A stretch of 63,951 bases of DNA, counting the filler, from Octopus bimaculoides (Eukaryota), in assembly GCF_001194135.2 (NCBI RefSeq). It is 7 parts of 6 records of this genome, joined end to end, with 100 filler letters (N's around TTAATTAATTAA, not from the genome) between each part and the next. Parts side by side here need not be neighbours in the genome. Positions count along the whole stretch, not along the records: positions 26,088 to 28,933 come from NW_026331831.1; positions 29,034 to 34,981 come from NC_069010.1; positions 35,082 to 57,965 come from NC_068987.1; 4 more parts are not named here. The stretch is one strand, 5' to 3'. Of the stretch, positions 26,881 through 38,326 are shown piece by piece. Position numbers and translations under genes: made by a program. Positions within the stretch are counted from its first letter, which is position 1; every line of letters begins with the position of its first letter. Below the pieces are notes generated by a model. It made no database searches. It worked only from the letters and a program-made list of their open reading frames with translations, and was not told where the DNA came from.

Positions 26881-27058
26881 CACACATATATATGTGTATG
26901 TATGTACGAGTAGGTAGATATACACACAATATATCCATATTCATACACACATATATTTAGAGACAGAAAGACAGATATATAGATAGATAAATAAATAGAT
27001 AGATCGATAAACAGGTAGATGGATAGATAGATAGATACACAGATAGATAGACAGACAA

Positions 27059-27113
<55 letters not shown>

Positions 27114-27671
27114 TACAGATGAACAGATAAATAGATGGATAGAAAGATTAATAAATAGAGATTATTGTAGTACTGAGGTTAATAGTTACAAATCTAACAT
27201 TCCTATGAGAACTGAAGTCTTGACCACCTCCGTAACCACCAGCACCAACACCACTGCTACCAGTTCCGCTAATACCACGCTGCCACATCCAACATCAACA
27301 CTACTATGAGTACTACCCGCCAGCACAAACACTACCACAGCCACTAACACCATCGCTAACATCATAAACTGCCACCACCACCATCATCTCCACTCCTTCG
27401 TTACCTTAAATCACGACTACCAGCTTCCCTTCCAGACGTCTCCGTAGCCACAACTAGAACTTCTGTTACCACCACCACCACCACCACCACCACCAATTTC
27501 CTACCATTACTAACGCCATTACTAATATCCCTCACTTTCTCAACTATCACTACAACAAGCCACCAACATTACCATCACATCCACTACAACCACTGCTATC
27601 ACTAACCCCCAGTCCCGACCATTAACACTACTGCTATTACCCCCAGCACTAGCACTACCACCACCACCACC

Positions 27672-27703
<32 letters not shown>

Positions 27704-27765
27704 CAATAACAAGAACAACAACAGCCTATTCCATCACAGACACCAACNNNNNNNNNNCCACCACC

Positions 27766-27797
<32 letters not shown>

Positions 27798-28514
27798 CAA
27801 TAACAAGAACAACAACAGCCTATTCCATCACAGACACCAACACTACCCCATAATACCACCACAACGCCACAACCACCATTACCACCATGGCCACTAATAC
27901 TACTACCACAACCCTGGCTACAACCATCATTGTCATCATCATTACCACTACTACCACCACTACCACCACTACAGCCCCAACGCCACAACCACTACTACCG
28001 CTGTCAGCACAACCTCTATCACCACAAGCACCACAATATATGAGCACCACCACCCCCACCACCACCACCAAAGCAAACACCACCACCNNNNNNNNNNNNN
28101 NNNNNNNNNNNNNNNNNNNNNNNNNNNNNNNNNNNNNNNNNNNNNNNNNNNNNNNNNNNNNNNNNNNNNNNNNNNNNNNNNNNNNNNNNNNNNNNNNNNN
28201 NNNNNNNNNNACCACCAACGCCACCACTATCTCGTAGTCGTAATTTCTTTCATTTGCAAAGTAATGAAACAAAAAGTTAAAACGTAGATCAACACCAAAT
28301 CAACGTGGAAGAGAGTTCAATAGCGGATGTCTCCCCTTGAGCAAGTTTCTTGTTTGACGAATATTTAATTTCCCACATCCTGTGTTTCCAAGATGGCTTA
28401 CAGATGTACATTAAGATAATAACTTCAACTTCCTCTACATTCTTTGTTATAGCAATCAATCTGTCTGTTTGACTGTCCGACTCTTACTTGTCTGTCATTT
28501 AGTCTAGCTTCCAC

Positions 28515-28593
<79 letters not shown>

Positions 28594-28933
28594 GTCTCTC
28601 TGTATATGTATTATGTGTGTGTATATATATATGTATTGTGTGTGTGTGTGTGTGTGCATGTGTGTATGCAAAAATAAAGGAAAACATAACACGCAAAGTG
28701 ACAACAAAGAGTAATTATTTGCTCGACGCTCGATGAAAGAAAATTCGAAGTGTCTTTGGCGTTTCAAGTTTGAACTCTTCACACACATACTTAGATATAT
28801 TTACAAAACATCCCTACATCCATACATGCATGCGTGTATGTATGTATACATGTCACACATACATATAAACCACATACATGAATACATGCATTCATACTTA
28901 TGTATGTATGTATGTATGGATGGATGGATGGAT

Positions 28934-29033
28934 NNNNNNNNNNNNNNNNNNNNNNNNNNNNNNNNNNNNNNNNNNNNTTAATTAATTAANNNNNNNNNNN
29001 NNNNNNNNNNNNNNNNNNNNNNNNNNNNNNNNN
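28934..29033. other. Artificial scaffold join
   Basis: 44 N + TTAATTAATTAA + 44 N. Confidence 0.95.
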
Positions 29034-29270
29034 CCCCACTTCCGCCTCCCCCACTTCCGCCTCCCCATTCCCTTCCTCTTCTCCCTATCCCTTTCTACCC
29101 TCATATGTCCCTCTCTCCCTCTTCTTTTCTACTCCCATACCCCCTCTTTCCCCTCCCCTTCTCTCTACCCTTCTTGCATAAACCCAAATACTGCCTTCAG
29201 GTATCTGATTGCTTTACAGTTCTTTACTTTTTCGTTTTTCATTCTTTCCTTCTTCTCCTCACCATTCCAG

Positions 29271-29339
29271 TTTTCCTGTGATGCAGTGATGGAAGCGTTC
29301 TCTCTTCGCAGGGCGAGCAGTGCCAAAGAACTGGTGTTG
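29271..29339 (+). CDS. XPC: XPC/Rad4 exon, transglutaminase-like domain (FSCDAVMEAFSLRRASSAKELVL)
   Basis: Polypyrimidine + CCAG acceptor, GTAAGT donor, phase 0/0; resembles the XPC segment ending ...ARDDEELVH. Confidence 0.7.
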
Positions 29340-30116
29340 GTAAGTTCAGTCTTCATCTCATTTCTTCGCTTCGCCACGCACCCATCCCCATGAGCACCAT
29401 CCACTCCCACCCANNNNNNNNNNNNNNNNNNNNNNNNNNNNNNNNNNNNNNNNNNNNNNNNNNNNNNNNNNNNNNNNNNNNNNNNNNNNNNNNNNNNNNN
29501 NNNNNNNNNNNNNNNNNNNNNNNNNNNNNNNNNNNNNNNNNNNNNNNNNNNNNNNNNNNNNNNNNNNNNNNNNNNNNNNNNNNNNNNNNNNNNNNNNNNN
29601 NNNNNNNNNNNNNNNNNNNNNNNNNNNNNNNNNNNNNNNNNNNNNNNNNNNNNNNNNNNNNNNNNNNNNNNNNNNNNNNNNNNNNNNNNNNNNNNNNNNN
29701 NNNNNNNNNNNNNNNNNNNNNNNNNNNNNNNNNNNNNNNNNNNNNNNNNNNNNNNNNNNNNNNNNNNNNNNNNNNNNNNNNNNNNNNNNNNNNNNNNNNN
29801 NNNNNNNNNNNNNNNNNNNNNNNNNNNNNNNNNNNNNNNNNNNNNNNNNNNNNNNNNNNNNNNNNNNNNNNNNNNNNNNNNNNNNNNNNNNNNNNNNNNN
29901 NNNNNNNNNNNNNNNNNNNNNNNNNNNNNNNNNNNNNNNNNNNNNNNNNNNNNNNNNNNNNNNNNNNNNNNNNNNNNNNNNNNNNNNNNNNNNNNNNNNN
30001 NNNNNNNNNNNNNNNNNNNNNNNNNNNNNNNNNNNNNNNNNNNNNNNNNNNNNNNNNNNNNNNNNNNNNNNNNNNTATATATGACTGTTGACTGAACACT
30101 ATTCAATTTTTTTTCT

Positions 30117-30263
30117 CCGTGTTTTTCTCCTTATTTCTTTCTGTTGAAGAGCGTAGCTCGAAACGTCAAAGACTTTCCGTATTCCTGAGCGTCATACTAA
30201 TACATCCTTTTGTTATTTACACCACCTGTCCTCGTCTGTTGTTGTTTTTTCGTATATTCTCCC
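30117..30263 (+). mobile_element. Interspersed repeat with TTGAAGAG..CGAAAC motif (possibly Penelope-like terminal repeat)
   Basis: Same family at 39125-39270 (-) and 25868-25937 (+); each abuts (TA)n. Confidence 0.5.
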
Positions 30264-31508
30264 ATATATATATATTTATACATGGTGAATCTTGCAAGCA
30301 TGTCAGCAAGTGACTAACTGACTTTTGCTTGGGGTTTCTTGCTTTTATAACTATCCAGAAGAATAGACGTATCATTGAGAACAATGGATATAGTTGGTGG
30401 TCTTGTTATCTCTATTCTAGCTTTTGGTGGAGTAGAAGAGGTTAGAAAAGTCAAGTGGTGAAGATATTATTTTGGCCAACCTAAAGGCATCTGGCAAATG
30501 TAAACTGTCACAGAAAATCTATTGTTCCATCGTGAGAAAAGTTCTGTTGAACTGTTAATTTAAATTTGGCTATGGTGGATCGAATCCACTGCATGCCAGC
30601 AAGATCCACAACATCTATATNNNNNNNNNNNNNNNNNNNNNNNNNNNNNNNNNNNNNNNNNNNNNNNNNNNNNNNNNNNNNNNNNNNNNNNNNNNNNNNN
30701 NNNNNNNNNNNNNNNNNNNNNNNNNNNNNNNNNNNNNNNNNNNNNNNNNNNNNNNNNNNNNNNNNNNNNNNNNNNNNNNNNNNNNNNNNNNNNNNNNNNN
30801 NNNNNNNNNNNNNNNNNNNNNNNNNNNNNNNNNNNNNNNNNNNNNNNNNNNNNNNNNNNNNNNNNNNNNNNNNNNNNNNNNNNNNNNNNNNNNNNNNNNN
30901 NNNNNNNNNNNNNNNNNNNNNNNNNNNNNNNNNNNNNNNNNNNNNNNNNNNNNNNNNNNNNNNNNNNNNNNNNNNNNNNNNNNNNNNNNNNNNNNNNNNN
31001 NNNNNNNNNNNNNNNNNNNNNNNNNNNNNNNNNNNNNNNNNNNNNNNNNNNNNNNNNNNNNNNNNNNNNNNNNNNNNNNNNNNNNNNNNNNNNNNNNNNN
31101 NNNNNNNNNNNNNNNNNNNNNNNNNNNNNNNNNNNNNNNNNNNNNNNNNNNNNNNNNNNNNNNNNNNNNNNNNNNNNNNNNNNNNNNNNNNNNNNNNNNN
31201 NNNNNNNNNNNNNNNNNNNNNNNNNNNNNNNNNNNNNNNNNNNNNNNNNNNNNNNNNNNNNNNNNNNNNNNNNNNTGCTGTATTTTTTAGGAATATGGAT
31301 TTACTAGGAGGAGAGGATTCCCAGTCCCCTAGCTCCTGCTCCTTTTAGTTGCCAAACTTCTTACCCCACAGCCATGCCTGCACATATATTATATTTTTTT
31401 GATTGATCTGTTGAGTCTTATTCAGTGATTGATTGATTGATTGATTGATAATCTATTTTGTGATGGATCGGTGTATTGATTTCATATTCTGTGTTGTTGC
31501 TGTTACAG

Positions 31509-31666
31509 TTCTGGTTCATCGAGCAGCGATTTTGAAGAGGACACAATTGAGTTTAGAAGTGTTGAGAAAAAGAAGACGAATAAAAAGACTAAAACGGTTG
31601 CCAAGACAACGCCTCATAGACTTATCTCAAGTAGTTCTTCAGACAACAGTTTATCGACCAAACATG
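31509..31666 (+). CDS. XPC: XPC exon, Ser/acidic/basic insert (SGSSSSDFEEDTIEFRSVEKKKTNKK...LSTKH)
   Basis: TTACAG acceptor, GTAAAT donor, phase 2 to 1; SGS..DFE motif as in the XPC disordered insert; splices in frame to next exon. Confidence 0.8.
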
Positions 31667-31844
31667 GTAAATATGTCCCCATCTGAGAAATGCTAAAATA
31701 TTTTAAAACCCCTTTTTGTCCCAGCCATCCCGACACCTCTCTTGGTAGTAAAAGGTTCACATTGAAATTAATTATAACTTGAAGAATGATACAAGATTTC
31801 AGTTGGACAACATCAACAAAATATATACCAGTTGGTATCATCGT

Positions 31845-32224
31845 GGCACTCCATCGTTTAAGATGACAAGATTTCCAGTTGATCCGATCAATGGAACAGC
31901 CTGCTCGTGAAATTAACGTGCAAGTGGCTGAGCACTCCACAGACACGTGTACCCTTAACGTAGTTCTCAGGGAGATTCAGCGTGACACAGAGTGTGACAA
32001 GGCTGACCCTTTGAATTACAGGCACAACAGAAACAGGAAGAAAGAGTGAGAGAAAGTTGTGGTGGAAGAGTACAGCAGGGTTCACCAACATCCCCTGCTG
32101 GAGTCTCGTGGAGCTTTAGGTGTTTTCACTCAATAAACACTCACAACGCCTGGTCTGGGAATCGAAACCGCGATCCTATGACCGCAAGTCCGCTGTCCTA
32201 ATCACTGGGCCAATGCGCCTCCAC
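31845..32224 (-). mobile_element. SINE family C, full length (intronic)
   Basis: Reverse complement of the 8076 copy. Confidence 0.9.
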
Positions 32225-32239
32225 AATATCATCATCATC

Positions 32240-32378
32240 ATCATTTAACGTCTGCTTTCCATACTAGCATGGGTTGGACGATTTGACTGAGGACTGGCGA
32301 ACCAGATGGCTGCACCAGGCTCCAATCTAATCTGGCAGAGTTTCTACAGCTGGATTCCCTTCTTAACGCCAACCACTA
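32240..32378 (-). mobile_element. Retroposon 3' tail with (GAT)n end, RTE-type; partial second copy 32490-32550
   Basis: ...TCCAACCCATGCTAGTATGGAAAGCAGACGTTAAATGATGATGATG on - strand; similar fragment at 60132. Confidence 0.6.
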
Positions 32379-32609
32379 ACAGTTAAGAGCGCGGGCTACT
32401 AACCTCAAGATTGCAAGTTCAATTCCAGGCAGTTCCTTGAATAAATAATGATGCTAATAGTAATAATAACAGTGTCAGCAAAAAAATAGCTGGCTCCAAT
32501 CTGATCTGGCAGAGTTTCTACAGCTGGATGCCCTTCCTAACGCCAACCAATAACAGTTAAAAGCGCGGACATGACAGCATTTTTATATTATTTTGCTTAT
32601 ATTTTTTAG

Positions 32610-32660
32610 ATTTAGAGATTTGGATTGAGATTTATCTTGAAAAAGAAAACAGATGGCTTT
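32610..32660 (+). CDS. XPC: XPC exon (DLEIWIEIYLEKENRWLS)
   Basis: TTTTAG acceptor, GTAAGT donor, phase 1/1; matches XPC DQWLEVFCEQEEKWV motif. Confidence 0.9.
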
Positions 32661-32809
32661 GTAAGTATAACCTACTTTACATGTAGCTTACGATACATGT
32701 GTGTTTGCATTACATTACTACATGAGTACCTCCATTACACGTCTTTGTTGCTGCATTTACCCACATTACTGCAACCATCTACTTTACTACATGTGTTTTT
32801 TGCTACATA

Positions 32810-32972
32810 GGTGCAGGCATGGCTGTGTGGTAAGAAGTTTGCTTCCCAACCACATAGTTCTGGGTTCAGTCCCACTGTCTTACACCACCTTGGGCGGGTG
32901 TCTTCTGCTATAGCTCCAAGCTGACCAAAGCTCTGTGAGTGTGGGTTTGGTTGATGGAAACTGAAAGAAGCA
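32810..32972 (+). mobile_element. SINE family B (intronic)
   Basis: gcaggcatggctgtgtggtaagaag...caccttgggcgggtgtcttc. Confidence 0.9.
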
Positions 32973-33234
32973 TGTTGTGCTACGAAGTTTTGAAGGTTTA
33001 GTTGCTGTAAATGTTTGATTGTGTTGTGGAAGGATTCTGACCACCCCTCAAGTGACGAAAAGGTGGACTGACTCATTGTTATGAAACAAAGAACTGTGAG
33101 CGATTAGCAGTTCGTATTGGTAGACTTCGATATAGAGCATTGAGTCTTGTGTAATAGTTATTGTAGTGCATCGTGTCTATACTTTCTTTCCCCTTGCTTT
33201 TTTATATTATATATCCAATACAAGGATATAAAAA

Positions 33235-34285
33235 AATTGCTATAAACATCTGATTGCTAGATTGCTATAAATGTTTGATTGCTATAAGCATTTGATGGCT
33301 ATAAACATTTGCTCACTATAAATGTTTCATCACAATAAATGTTTGACTTTTGATTACTATATCAATGTTTGATTGCTATAGTTGTTTAATTGCTATAGAT
33401 GTTTGATCGATATAGATGTTTGATTGCTATAAATGTTTGATTGCTATTAGCGTTTGATGACAATAAACGTTTGCTCACTATAAATGTTTGACGTTTGATT
33501 ACTATATCAATGTTTGATCGCTATAGATGTTTGATTGCTATAGATGTTTGGTTGCTATAAATATTTGATTGCTATTAGCGTTTGATGACAATAAACGTTT
33601 GCTCACTATAAATATTTGACGTTTGATTACTATATCAATGTTTGATCGCTATAGATGTTTCATTACTTTAGATGTTTGATCGCTATAGATGATGTTTGAT
33701 CGCTATAGATGTTTGATCGCTATAGATGATGTTTGATTGCTATAGATGTTTGATCGCTATAGATGTTTGATTGCTATAGATGTTTGGTTGCTATAAATAT
33801 TTGATTGCTATTAGCGTTTGATGACAATAAACGTTTGGTCACTATAAATGTTTGACGTTTGATTACTATATCAATGTTTGATCGCTATAGATGTTTGATT
33901 GCTATAGATGTTTGGTTGCTATAAATATTTGATTGCTATTAGCGTTTGATGACAATAANNNNNNNNNNNNNNNNNNNNNNGATGTTTGATCGCTATAGAT
34001 GTTTGATTGCTATAGATGTTTGGTTGCTATAAATATTTGATTGCTATTAGCGTTTGATGACAATAAACGTTTGCTCACTATAAATGTTTGACGTTTGATT
34101 ACTATATCAATGTTTGATCGCTATAGATGTTTCATTACTTTAGATGTTTGATCGCTATAGATGATGTTTGATCGCTATAGATGTTTGATCGCTATAGATG
34201 ATGTTTGATCGCTATAGATGTTTGATCACTATAGATGTTTGATTGCTATAGATGTTTGATCGCTGTAGATGTTTGATCACTAAAA
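33235..34285. repeat. Intronic minisatellite, ~17-bp monomer GATGTTTGATTGCTATA with 128-bp higher-order unit
   Basis: Marker GCGTTTGATGACAATAA recurs at 33450, 33578, 33814, 33942, 34050. Confidence 0.9.
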
Positions 34286-34457
34286 ACACCCATCATCCAT
34301 GCAGGTCATTCATCATCCAGGGGGTTGTGTCAGCCTCATCTGTTGTTAATGACAGGAAAGTCCGCTATTCTCAAGTAGGGACAGTAAGTAAACATTTCCG
34401 TTTAAATTTCTTTATTTTATGGCTGATATCTTTGTATTCTTCTACTTTTCCTTGTAG

Positions 34458-34550
34458 CTGTGGACTGTGTTGATCTTGTGTTTGATGACGTTGGTCACTT
34501 TGGCAAATTATCCAACCAGCAGCTAGTTTATGTTATTGCATTTGATAATG
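34458..34550 (+). CDS. XPC: XPC exon (VDCVDLVFDDVGHFGKLSNQQLVYVIAFDN)
   Basis: TTGTAG acceptor, GTGAGT donor, phase 1/1; matches XPC VDCVHG...YVVGIDSD. Confidence 0.92.
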
Positions 34551-34658
34551 GTGAGTAGCGTTAATTTCCTTTACCATGCCTTGGGATGAGTATGATACTG
34601 ACAAGTCATTGATTAATGCTTCGTTTGGATAACGAGCCGATTTCGCATTTTCTTTTAG

Positions 34659-34811
34659 ATGGCTACCTCAAAGACTTGACTGCTCGCTACTCTGATGACT
34701 TTCTGGTGAAAACGAGAAAGCTGCGAGTGGACAAAGAATGGTGGGACGAGACATTGAAGCCTTATGTAAACACGAGTGCAGATGATGTCAAAGAAGACGA
34801 GCAAATAAAAG
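34659..34811 (+). CDS. XPC: XPC exon (DGYLKDLTARYSDDFLVKTRKLRVDKEWWDETLKPYVNTSADDVKEDEQIK)
   Basis: TTTTAG acceptor, GTTTGA donor, phase 1/1; close to human XPC [36 protein letters not shown]. Confidence 0.95.
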
Positions 34812-34981
34812 GTTTGACACCTTTCCTTTTTAGTTTTTGCTTAACACTGAAGAGGTCAATGAACAAGTAATTAGGTAATCCTGGCAGTGATTTGTTGAAA
34901 CACGTGTATGTTATATAAAGCATAATTTGCTATATATATGTTTTCTGTACTGTATTAATACTGTTATATATATATATATAT

Positions 34982-35081
34982 NNNNNNNNNNNNNNNNNNN
35001 NNNNNNNNNNNNNNNNNNNNNNNNNTTAATTAATTAANNNNNNNNNNNNNNNNNNNNNNNNNNNNNNNNNNNNNNNNNNNN
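34982..35081. other. Artificial scaffold join
   Basis: 44 N + TTAATTAATTAA + 44 N. Confidence 0.95.
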
Positions 35082-35125
35082 TGTGTGTGTGTGTGTGTGT
35101 GTGTGTGTATAAGAAGTGGACTGAC

Positions 35126-35258
35126 CCGTTTCTTCCTTCATGTCTTCGACTTTGGTGGTCTCGGAATCTTCATTATTATGGATATTGAGCGAAGTCAGAC
35201 TGTAGTCGTCACCTTTGAACGGAGGTTCGTCTCTCACTTCTACTGGATATTGCTCCAC
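35126..35258 (-). CDS. Internal exon of an unidentified gene (VEQYPVEVRDEPPFKGDDYSLTSLNIHNNEDSETTKVEDMKEET)
   Basis: ttttttctgttatttag acceptor, GTCAGT donor, only phase 0 is open, protein-like composition. Confidence 0.6.
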
Positions 35259-35436
35259 CTAAATAACAGAAAAAATGTGAAAATCACAGTAGAAAGCGAA
35301 TATATATATTATGCTGTGTTGTGTCGTCTTCATTCTAAGCTATTTACACCAGTCACACGCAAAATGCAGCAGACGACATAATTTTGTACATCTGAATATT
35401 GTTGATATCTTCAGAAATTGTAAGCTTCACACGAAC

Positions 35437-35472
35437 TTCACCGAGTTTTTCTGTCTGCTTCCTGTTCTCCAG
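35437..35472 (-). CDS. Possible upstream exon of the same gene (LENRKQTEKLGE); donor uncertain
   Basis: ttttcatccttatcag acceptor; several possible GT donors. Confidence 0.3.
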
Positions 35473-37088
35473 CTGATAAGGATGAAAATAAACTTTGAAA
35501 TTTAGGTTTATTCATTTTTTACTTTTATCAATCAGTGATAAAGGTCACCGTGACCTTGACCGCCCACCATCGCCACCATACAACATTTATTAAGGAGAAA
35601 ATAAACTTTTTTTATAATTTCGCAGTTATCTCCCTTGCCTAAAGCTCAAATTCCATGTCGAAGCAAAAATGTCTGCTTCTATTCAAAAACAATGATAACT
35701 TTGTTTAGTAAAAGTGAATTAGTTCAGTACTTCACGTATATTAACACCGACTTAACCAGTTCCACCGGTGTGCTAGTCTGAACCTCTTGAACTTCTCTGT
35801 GACAGGTAGTTTTCCCCATCAGTTTTAGCTGTTGAGTCACTGCCTGCATCTTGCATCCGTTCACATCTCGGATGTTTTATAACAATATCAGTTAAGAGAA
35901 AAATCTTAAAACATTTTTGTGAAGGACTCCACAAGGATGGATTGACGGAATTATTAGGACATCGGACAATATATCGTACGTTATTGGTTGTGGCTCTTTT
36001 TCATCTGAGTTCAAGTACCGCCGAGGTCAACTTTACTCTCCACCTTTTCGGGTTTGATAAAATAAAACACCAGCCCATGGTAGTAGATTGGCAGAATTGG
36101 TTGAGTCGCCGAGAAAATATTTTACGGTAGTTATTATGTTCATATTAGCCAGACAAGTGTAGCAAACTTGTTTGTATCCAACAGACAATATGGTGATTAA
36201 CAAAAAAGAAATACTCTAAACAAGGAAGCCATTTTTAATGCCTCTTACGTCAAGATGGACATCAGGGGGTTATTGGCTGACTTAATGGCGAAGTAAGAGA
36301 AGACTGACCACGTTGGGATTTGAACTCAGAACTTAAAGAGACGTCACTGAATACGTGAGACATTTTTTGCAATGATCTGAAGCTGTGACCACTTCAACAT
36401 TGCTAGACGAAATAACTTGTTTTAATCACATTTAATCACGTCGATATGTGTTTTATTTGCTATTGTGCGGTGAAGCTGCACAAGAGAAACAAGGTTTGTA
36501 GTAAACAAATATATTTTATGTTTGGTATTTTTGGTGGTATAAAGGACATCGATTTATCTGATGAAATTACACAGCATTGATCGAGACCTGTGTTCACTTT
36601 TATTACTTCGATAAAAATCTATCAATTTCCCATTCATATCAGATATCTTTATGAACTTTCAGCTGTGTTCAATAATAAACAGAATGTGTTCACAGTAAAA
36701 TCGATTTACGTGATCAATAGTTTTTTTTTACAAACATCGCTTTAAGACTCCCGTGTGTATTGCAAAAAATATAGGTTACTTCAGATGAAAATCTAGTTTT
36801 CCAGCATCAAAAGTTGTTAAAGATAAAATGATTTTAAATCTGGATAAAAACCGTGGAGAAAGGTAGGAAGGGAGGTAAGCGGCCATATAAATATTAATGT
36901 GGTAGTTGTTGTTGCTTAGTCCCAGGTCTAACCTCTTTCAGGAAACTTATGATCAAAAGCGATACATCTGTGGTGAGTCTAGGACATTTACAAATACACA
37001 AATGTTTTATGAATCTACGTTGTGACTGATGAACTAGAGAATTTGCAAAAGCAGAGTTTCTTCGATAAAGATTTAGTCTGTAATTCCA

Positions 37089-37165
<77 letters not shown>

Positions 37166-37279
37166 TTATATGTATATGTAAGTATGTGTGTGTGTAGGTG
37201 CGTGTGTTATTAGTTTTATCTGGAGGAAGGGGCCGTAGCCGTGGCCTTCTCGGATCTGAGATCCTCCGAGACCAGGGAG

Positions 37280-37293
37280 GTTGCTATGGAAAT
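37280..37293. promoter_or_regulatory. RFX X-box-like motif GTTGCTATGGAAAT
   Basis: Near match to the X-box consensus, in a GC-richer unique island. Confidence 0.35.
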
Positions 37294-37364
37294 CATTTCT
37301 CTCGAACAAGCAGACAGTTACAGGGAAAATATTGACATCCCGCAGAAGGAGGATTGGGTGACGT

Positions 37365-37449
<85 letters not shown>

Positions 37450-38195
37450 GAAGAAGGATGATCGGAGAAGAGGGAGAGAGTGAGTCAGGAGAAACTGCGT
37501 GAGGGTTAGGGTTAGGGTGCAGGAGTGTTTGCGTGGAGATGACACGCATCAGTTCACTTCACGAAACAGAGACTGTAATAAGAGCAGGAAAAGAGTGGAC
37601 TGTAAAAATGCGGCTCAGCTGACCGTGGGCAGGTGGGTAACTTTAACCCGATTTGAGGGTCTTTCTTTTAATGTGGTCCACGTTATCTGTGTGGGTAGTA
37701 GCAGCACTGACAAAGATGTGCGAACAGTACTCGGGTGTCCCAGCTGAGACCCGTTATGTAGGGTTACTGTTTATTAGCAAATGAGTCTGCTGAAGTCTTC
37801 AACCTCAACATTTGGCTCGTCTGATAAACATCTGTTTATTAGAGCACATCACTCGGTTACAAACATTGGAACCACATCTCAGGTGCCCCACCCACACTTT
37901 GACTTGCATTTGTTATTGTGCACACAAGTGGCTCTTAACTTGGGCAATCAAATCCCCACTACATGGGGCCGCTTATGTTAAAGAGGCATATAGAGGCATT
38001 AGACGTTTAGAGGTGTATGGGTTTTGTTAGAAACAAAATATTTAAACCATGTACTGCATTTATATTTAAATACATTAAAAAGAAATGTTTTTTCGGGTTA
38101 CAATATGGGTTGGGTTACATTTTAGTGCAGAAAACAGGATTGGTGATGTGGTAAGGTCCAAAATATTTTCATTATGTAAGTCCCAATTTTTATAG

Positions 38196-38326
38196 ATATT
38201 CTGCATAAGGGGTCTGAGTCCATGGAAATGTCTAAAAAGAGGCAGATGTTGGATAAAATAGTGGAAGAAAAAGAGGAGAAAACATGGATAAAAAACCACT
38301 GCAAAAAACAGCTTCGATTTGATTAA
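38196..38326 (+). CDS. Candidate terminal exon (ILHKGSESMEMSKKRQMLDKIVEEKEEKTWIKNHCKKQLRFD*)
   Basis: tttttatag acceptor, open to TAA, AATAAA near 38589; no homology recognised. Confidence 0.25.

Noticed and set aside
27200-28090. Thr-rich mucin-like ORF
   Set aside because: ACC/ACA/CAC low-complexity DNA with stops in neighbouring segments and no exon boundaries
33235-34285. CRISPR-like array
   Set aside because: Eukaryotic intron, contiguous tandem monomers with no unique spacers, no cas genes
32610-34811. NGLY1/PNGase as alternative identity for the exons
   Set aside because: Lacks the catalytic His of the HVWTEV motif, has the XPC-type RVDxEWWxETLxPY and the long Ser/Lys insert
34811-35258. 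Firm claim of a nested antisense gene in XPC
   Set aside because: An artificial join separates the two; kept only as a hypothesis
37503-37517. Telomeric TTAGGG repeats
   Set aside because: Only about two units; too short to call
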